Source: Calditrichaceae bacterium
Lineage (GTDB): Bacteria > Calditrichota > Calditrichia > Calditrichales > JBFXGD01
DNA: 64,000 bases
Reading direction: 5' to 3'
NCBI GenBank assembly: GCA_050173015.1
Contig: JBFXLE010000015.1
Coordinates: 31,463 to 95,462 of the forward strand
In this document: positions 59,717-64,000 of the stretch, piece by piece
How positions within the stretch are numbered: position 1 is the first letter of the stretch
Layout: each line of letters starts with the position of its first letter
Position numbers and translations under genes: made by a program
The notes under the pieces: model-generated
Database searches by the model: none
What the model was told of the DNA's origin: nothing
The model's input: the letters and a program-made list of their open reading frames with translations, nothing else

Positions 59717-60289
59717 ATGATGACAGAAATGACTGCGGCCAAAGATCGCATGTCCGATACGGCCTTCAGAATGATGGCTCCGGCTTTTAAAATTGCCGAT
59801 TTCTTCTCACCGCGGACGGGCAAACTGGATGATTTCGGCATTAAAGAGGGCTTCATCGTCATTGATTACGGCCGCGGACCCGGAAGATATATACCCGAAG
59901 CATCAAAACTGGCCGGAACTTCCGGAAAAGTTTACGCGGTCGATATCCACGAACTGGTCATAAAATCAGTCCGCGATGTCATCAAAAAAAGAAATCTGCA
60001 AAATGTGGAGACCATTCAGATATCGGATTACAGGACGCCATTGCCGGACAACACCGCCCATATCATCTATGCTTTGGATATGTTTCATGGAATCAGCCAA
60101 CCGGACCGGCTTCAAGGAGAATGGCGCCGGTTATTAAGACCTGACGGTCAACTTGTCCTGGAAGATGGTCATCAACTTAGAAAAACAACAAAGAAAAAGA
60201 TTGCTGACGCGGGGTTTTTTATAGTTTATACTGAGAAAAAAGAACACCTGATCTGCAAACCGAAAAAAAATGATTTTTCTGGCAGCTAA
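59717..60289 (+). CDS. Class I SAM-dependent methyltransferase
   Basis: VIDYGRGPG (glycine-rich motif variant), VYAVDI and RLLRPDG. Confidence 0.75.
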   Translation: MMTEMTAAKDRMSDTAFRMMAPAFKIADFFSPRTGKLDDFGIKEGFIVIDYGRGPGRYIPEASKLAGTSGKVYAVDIHELVIKSVRDVIKKRNLQNVETIQISDYRTPLPDNTAHIIYALDMFHGISQPDRLQGEWRRLLRPDGQLVLEDGHQLRKTTKKKIADAGFFIVYTEKKEHLICKPKKNDFSGS

Positions 60290-60292
60290 AAA

Positions 60293-60721
60293 TTAATTTT
60301 GCCGGTAATACGTCACCGTACCTTCACCAAAGTTTAACGGACGGTGAACCGGCTGTTCCTGATTTAGATCTCCCGGCTCCACATCGAGACGAAAATGCCC
60401 GCTACTCTTATACTCAATGATTCCATAAAGGGCTTTTCCCGCGAGCGGACCTTCTTCGAATCCGGTCAGATCAATCGTTACGGGACATGTATTAAAATCT
60501 ATTTTATATTCAATCTCAAAGGATTGGGTCATACTTTCAGATTTTAAAATCCATTCCGCCCGGTTACCATCTTTAAAGATAAACGTCTGTTTCATCCCCA
60601 TCTTATCCACACCGGCCCATTCTCCGATCAAATAATCTTTGTTCTCTTTCTGGCAACCGAATAAAATTAACGACAGCAGAATCAGCATTCCGGTTAAGAA
60701 TATGTTTTTATTGTTCATCAA
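60293..60721 (-). CDS. Hypothetical lipoprotein
   Basis: Lipobox LFGC; LIGEW start of a beta-rich domain. Confidence 0.65.
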   Translation of the reverse strand: MMNNKNIFLTGMLILLSLILFGCQKENKDYLIGEWAGVDKMGMKQTFIFKDGNRAEWILKSESMTQSFEIEYKIDFNTCPVTIDLTGFEEGPLAGKALYGIIEYKSSGHFRLDVEPGDLNQEQPVHRPLNFGEGTVTYYRQN

Positions 60722-60942
60722 TCATCCCCAGGCTATTAAACATTTGGTAAACAAAATACAATTCAGATAATTTAAATCCAAGAAAAAACCTGACATACTT
60801 TCCCCACTGAGAACATCGCTTTATTAGAGAAAAGCATCGCAATCATTTTATCAACGTTTGTCCCAAAAAATATATTTCATTTTCAAAAACCAAATCGTAT
60901 TCTTTACGTATCTATAACCGGTCATAAACTTATGGAGAAGAA

Positions 60943-62040
60943 ATGTCTGCTCAAAAATCCGATGGCAGCAGTGAACCAAAAATTTTTGATACATTATTTA
61001 ACGACGTGCGAAAAGGCGATTTACGGCGTACCGTGCGGCGCGATTTTAAAGATTTAAAAGCATTCTATATTAATGATGAGCGAAAAAAGCGGCTGGAAAA
61101 AATGGGCAGAATCAAACGCTGGTTTTTTATATCCGTCTGGCTGTTCAAAAGTCTGTTTTTTAAGCTCACTCCCGCCAGACGGTTTTTGTTTATCATCGCG
61201 TTTATATTTTTATTCAGCTTCAACACCGGGAATTCGCAAACCAGCTTTAATGGTCTGTACCTATCCGGACTGATATTTATGTTTATCCTTATGCTGGAGC
61301 TCAAAGACAAACTGCTGGCTAAGGATGAACTTGAGACCGGAAGATCCGTTCAGTACGCGCTGATGCCCGAACGTTCGATTAGCATTCCCGGGTGGGAACT
61401 GTATCTGTTCTCCCGGCCGGCGAATGAAGTGGGCGGCGACCTGATCGATTTCATCCCCTTAAAAGAAAATCGCTACGGTGTCGTTCTTGGGGATGTTTCC
61501 GGCAAAGGACTGGGCGCTGCGCTGTTTATGGTCAGGCTGCAGGCGGTCATCAGAGCGATCGCCCCCGATTATGAATCGCTGGCGAAACTGGGTAAAAAAA
61601 TTAATGAAATTTTTTACCGGGACCGGATGAATAATAAGTTCGCCTCCGTTGTTTATACCGAAATTCAACCTGGATCAAATAAACTGAGTTTTTTAAACGC
61701 CGGACACATGCCGCCGGTGATCCTAAAAGACGGACAAATTGAAGAGCTCACTAAAGGACAACCCGCCCTTGGCATCATGCCGGATATCGACTACAACGAG
61801 ACGATTATTGAACTTCAAAATGGGCATTCCCTGTTGATTTATTCCGACGGCGTCACCGAAGCGCGAAATATGGATGGTGATTTTTACACGGAACAAAGAT
61901 TGTTCAAAATGCTTCATTCTCTTACCGGCCTTTCGGCTAAGGAGACCGGCGAAAAGCTGACCTCCGAAATTGATCGTTTTGTCGGAGACGCGCCGGCGAA
62001 TGATGATTTATCCCTGATTATCATAAAACGGACAGAGTAA
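60943..62040 (+). CDS. Membrane-anchored PP2C/SpoIIE (RsbU-like) phosphatase
   Basis: Two TM helices; VGGD, GDVSGKG, NAGH, YSDGVTEA and DDLSL. Confidence 0.9.
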   Translation: MSAQKSDGSSEPKIFDTLFNDVRKGDLRRTVRRDFKDLKAFYINDERKKRLEKMGRIKRWFFISVWLFKSLFFKLTPARRFLFIIAFIFLFSFNTGNSQTSFNGLYLSGLIFMFILMLELKDKLLAKDELETGRSVQYALMPERSISIPGWELYLFSRPANEVGGDLIDFIPLKENRYGVVLGDVSGKGLGAALFMVRLQAVIRAIAPDYESLAKLGKKINEIFYRDRMNNKFASVVYTEIQPGSNKLSFLNAGHMPPVILKDGQIEELTKGQPALGIMPDIDYNETIIELQNGHSLLIYSDGVTEARNMDGDFYTEQRLFKMLHSLTGLSAKETGEKLTSEIDRFVGDAPANDDLSLIIIKRTE

Positions 62041-62129
62041 CTCCGAATTCATTCTTTTATTTTCTTAAAACAGATTAATGCTTACCTTATGTCCGGTTTC
62101 GTTCTGAAATGTAAATCCGGAGAATAATC

Positions 62130-63218
62130 ATGAAGAATTCTATGATGTATTTGTTGGCTCTGGTCATTTTCTTTGCCGCTTATCCCTTAACCGGTCAGGA
62201 AAATACAACCGATCTCACAGAGGCGATCAAAGAACTGAAAAAAAACAATGAAAACCTTCAACACCGGCTAGACGCCATCGAAAAATCGATCGATGACATC
62301 CAGTGGTTTAATAAAGTGGGAGACGTGGCGTATATCGATAAACAATATATGACCGGTCCGCCGCTGGCGCGTGAAGAAAATCCGACGGCTCAGGGCGCGG
62401 GAAATCCGGTGAAATTCTGGTCATATATCTTTATTCCCAAGGACATTGATCCGGCGAAAAAATACCCCTTGATTATCTTCCCCCATGGCGGTGTGCATGC
62501 TGATTTCACAACCTATTATACGCATATCGTCAGGGAACTGATTGCCCAGCAGTACATTATTATCGCCTCCGAGTACCGAGGCAGCACCGGTTACGGAAAG
62601 AGTTTTTATGAAAAAATTGATTACGGCGGTCTGGAAGTGGAAGACGTCAACTCCGGCCGGGAGTTTATGTTGGAAAATTATGACATTGTCGATAAAAACC
62701 GCGTGGGCATCATCGGCTGGAGCCATGGCGGTCTGATTGCTTTACACAATATTTTTGATCATCCCGAAAATTATAAGGTGGCCTTCGCCGGGGTGCCGGT
62801 CAGCGATCTGATCGCGCGTATGGGCTACAAAGATCAGGAATACCGTGATCTTTATTCCGCCGAATATCATATCGGTAAAACCGCCGATGAAAATGTAAAT
62901 GAATACCGCCGGCGTTCCCCCGCCTGGAACGCCCATAAGCTGAAAACTCCGCTGCTGATTCATACAAATACCAACGACGCCGATGTCAACGTGCTGGAAG
63001 TGGAACACCTGATCAAGTCGCTCAAGGCGGAGGGCAAGAAATTTGAGTATGAGATCTTTCAGGATATACCGGGCGGTCACTCATTTGACCGTATGGATAC
63101 AAAAAAAGCCCGGGAGATACGGGTTAAGATTTATAAATTTATCGGGCAATATCTGACGCCACCCAGACTCATTGACTCTGTCCGGGAACTGGAAAAAGCC
63201 GCCTACCGCTTTAATTAA
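62130..63218 (+). CDS. S9 family serine peptidase (exported)
   Basis: Signal peptide; PHGG, YRGSTGYG, GWSHGG, DADV and GGHSF. Confidence 0.9.
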   Translation: MKNSMMYLLALVIFFAAYPLTGQENTTDLTEAIKELKKNNENLQHRLDAIEKSIDDIQWFNKVGDVAYIDKQYMTGPPLAREENPTAQGAGNPVKFWSYIFIPKDIDPAKKYPLIIFPHGGVHADFTTYYTHIVRELIAQQYIIIASEYRGSTGYGKSFYEKIDYGGLEVEDVNSGREFMLENYDIVDKNRVGIIGWSHGGLIALHNIFDHPENYKVAFAGVPVSDLIARMGYKDQEYRDLYSAEYHIGKTADENVNEYRRRSPAWNAHKLKTPLLIHTNTNDADVNVLEVEHLIKSLKAEGKKFEYEIFQDIPGGHSFDRMDTKKAREIRVKIYKFIGQYLTPPRLIDSVRELEKAAYRFN

Positions 63219-63336
63219 TTTACACTAACGGGGATTAGTTGGGCTCACGCGTTCGTTGATAACCAATGAATTATCACGGCCGAAGCCGTTTAAATCATAA
63301 TTTTGAGTGTACTTAATTTTCAACAGGGGGGAAATC

Positions 63337-63723
63337 ATGAGCAAAGATTCAGAAACCGATCCAATAGTGGATGAAGAAATCAGACAAAAATATATGAATG
63401 AAGCCCTGGAGGAGCAGAAGCGGCATTCTCTATATTATAAATCGCGTTTCTGGTCGATGATTATCGCTCAGGGCATCGGCGCCTTACTTGTGATAAGCGG
63501 GTCCGTTATGGCGCTGCTGGGTTTCAGTGGAACGATTGAATGGATGTATCACGCGCATAACAACACGGAGCGACTTTACAATGCCGGTCCCGGAATTGCC
63601 TTCATTATTTTCGGTATTCTCACCTTATGGCTTTCCAGACCCCGCCCTCACCATGAACCTTCCGCTCCCGAAGGCCGCCACCGGACAAGCAAGCTTTTTG
63701 ATGTGGATGATTTGCTAAAATAG
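63337..63723 (+). CDS. Hypothetical membrane protein (2 TM)
   Basis: Two hydrophobic segments; RBS GGGGG upstream of ATG 63337. Confidence 0.65.
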   Translation: MSKDSETDPIVDEEIRQKYMNEALEEQKRHSLYYKSRFWSMIIAQGIGALLVISGSVMALLGFSGTIEWMYHAHNNTERLYNAGPGIAFIIFGILTLWLSRPRPHHEPSAPEGRHRTSKLFDVDDLLK

Positions 63724-63873
63724 GAAGCTGGAAGTGGGAAGTAGGAAGTAGGAAGTAAGAATTTAAGAGCGTTAAGAGAAAAGAGTTAAGAGTTAAGAGT
63801 GGGGAGCCAGGTGAAAAATTGGATCTTTAATCCCGTAGGGATGTAATTATTATAGAAAAACAGACCCCGCAAC
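63721..63873. repeat. Inverted partial copy of the 364-bp repeat unit
   Basis: The reverse complement matches GTTGCGGGGTCTGTTTTTCTA..TAATTACATCCC..CGGGATT...ACTCTTTTCTCTTAACGCTCTTAAATTC in the 17011-18150 array. Confidence 0.9.
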
Positions 63874-64000
63874 TGACCCTCCCCTCGATCCCCTCCCTTA
63901 TGCCAGGCTGTTGCAGAGGGGGAATACTAAAGGCTTATACTCGCGTATAAGTTTTTAGCAGGGTAAAAATTTTTTCTAACGATTCTCATAACGAGTTTCG

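Noticed and set aside
59717-60289. Methyltransferase as a pseudogene (DYGRGPG in place of the usual DxGCGxG)
   Set aside because: The ORF is uninterrupted, and a single substitution is not enough evidence.

Overview
Bacterial genomic DNA with no rRNA, tRNA, CRISPR array or transposase seen. A C-terminal sorting domain of the T9SS/FCB type, futalosine-pathway mqnD and abundant multiheme cytochromes suggest a Calditrichota/KSB1/FCB-like anaerobe (inference). Three systems stand out. (1) A minus-strand operon at 2216-12261, preceded by a consensus sigma54 promoter, encodes a tandem-rhodanese lipoprotein, a multiheme cytochrome lipoprotein, an outer-membrane beta-barrel, a 12-heme cytochrome, two multiheme-c/cytochrome-b quinol oxidoreductases (11 and 19 CxxCH) and a small cytochrome lipoprotein. 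The ORF track splits the cytochrome lipoprotein in two, but it is one reading frame with an in-frame UGA (GEG-U-GG) followed by a SECIS-like hairpin, so it is probably a selenocysteine-containing decaheme cytochrome. The operon looks like a quinol-to-surface electron conduit for sulfur/selenium chemistry. (2) An operon at 48809-52912 joins a coiled-coil protein, a longin-like/TM/BON/OmpA protein, a Rab-like small GTPase and a sigma54 activator. It sits next to mscL and DUF4332/kbp genes that carry sigma54-like promoters. (3) A tricarboxylate cluster at 13528-21533 (CitF, TrmB regulator, citryl-CoA lyase, HD-like protein, isocitrate-DH-family enzyme, PrpD) is interrupted by a 3x364-bp composite REP-like tandem repeat, which has an inverted partial copy at 63721-63873. 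The rest is housekeeping, stress, peptidase and signalling genes. All calls come from motif reading only; no database search was run.
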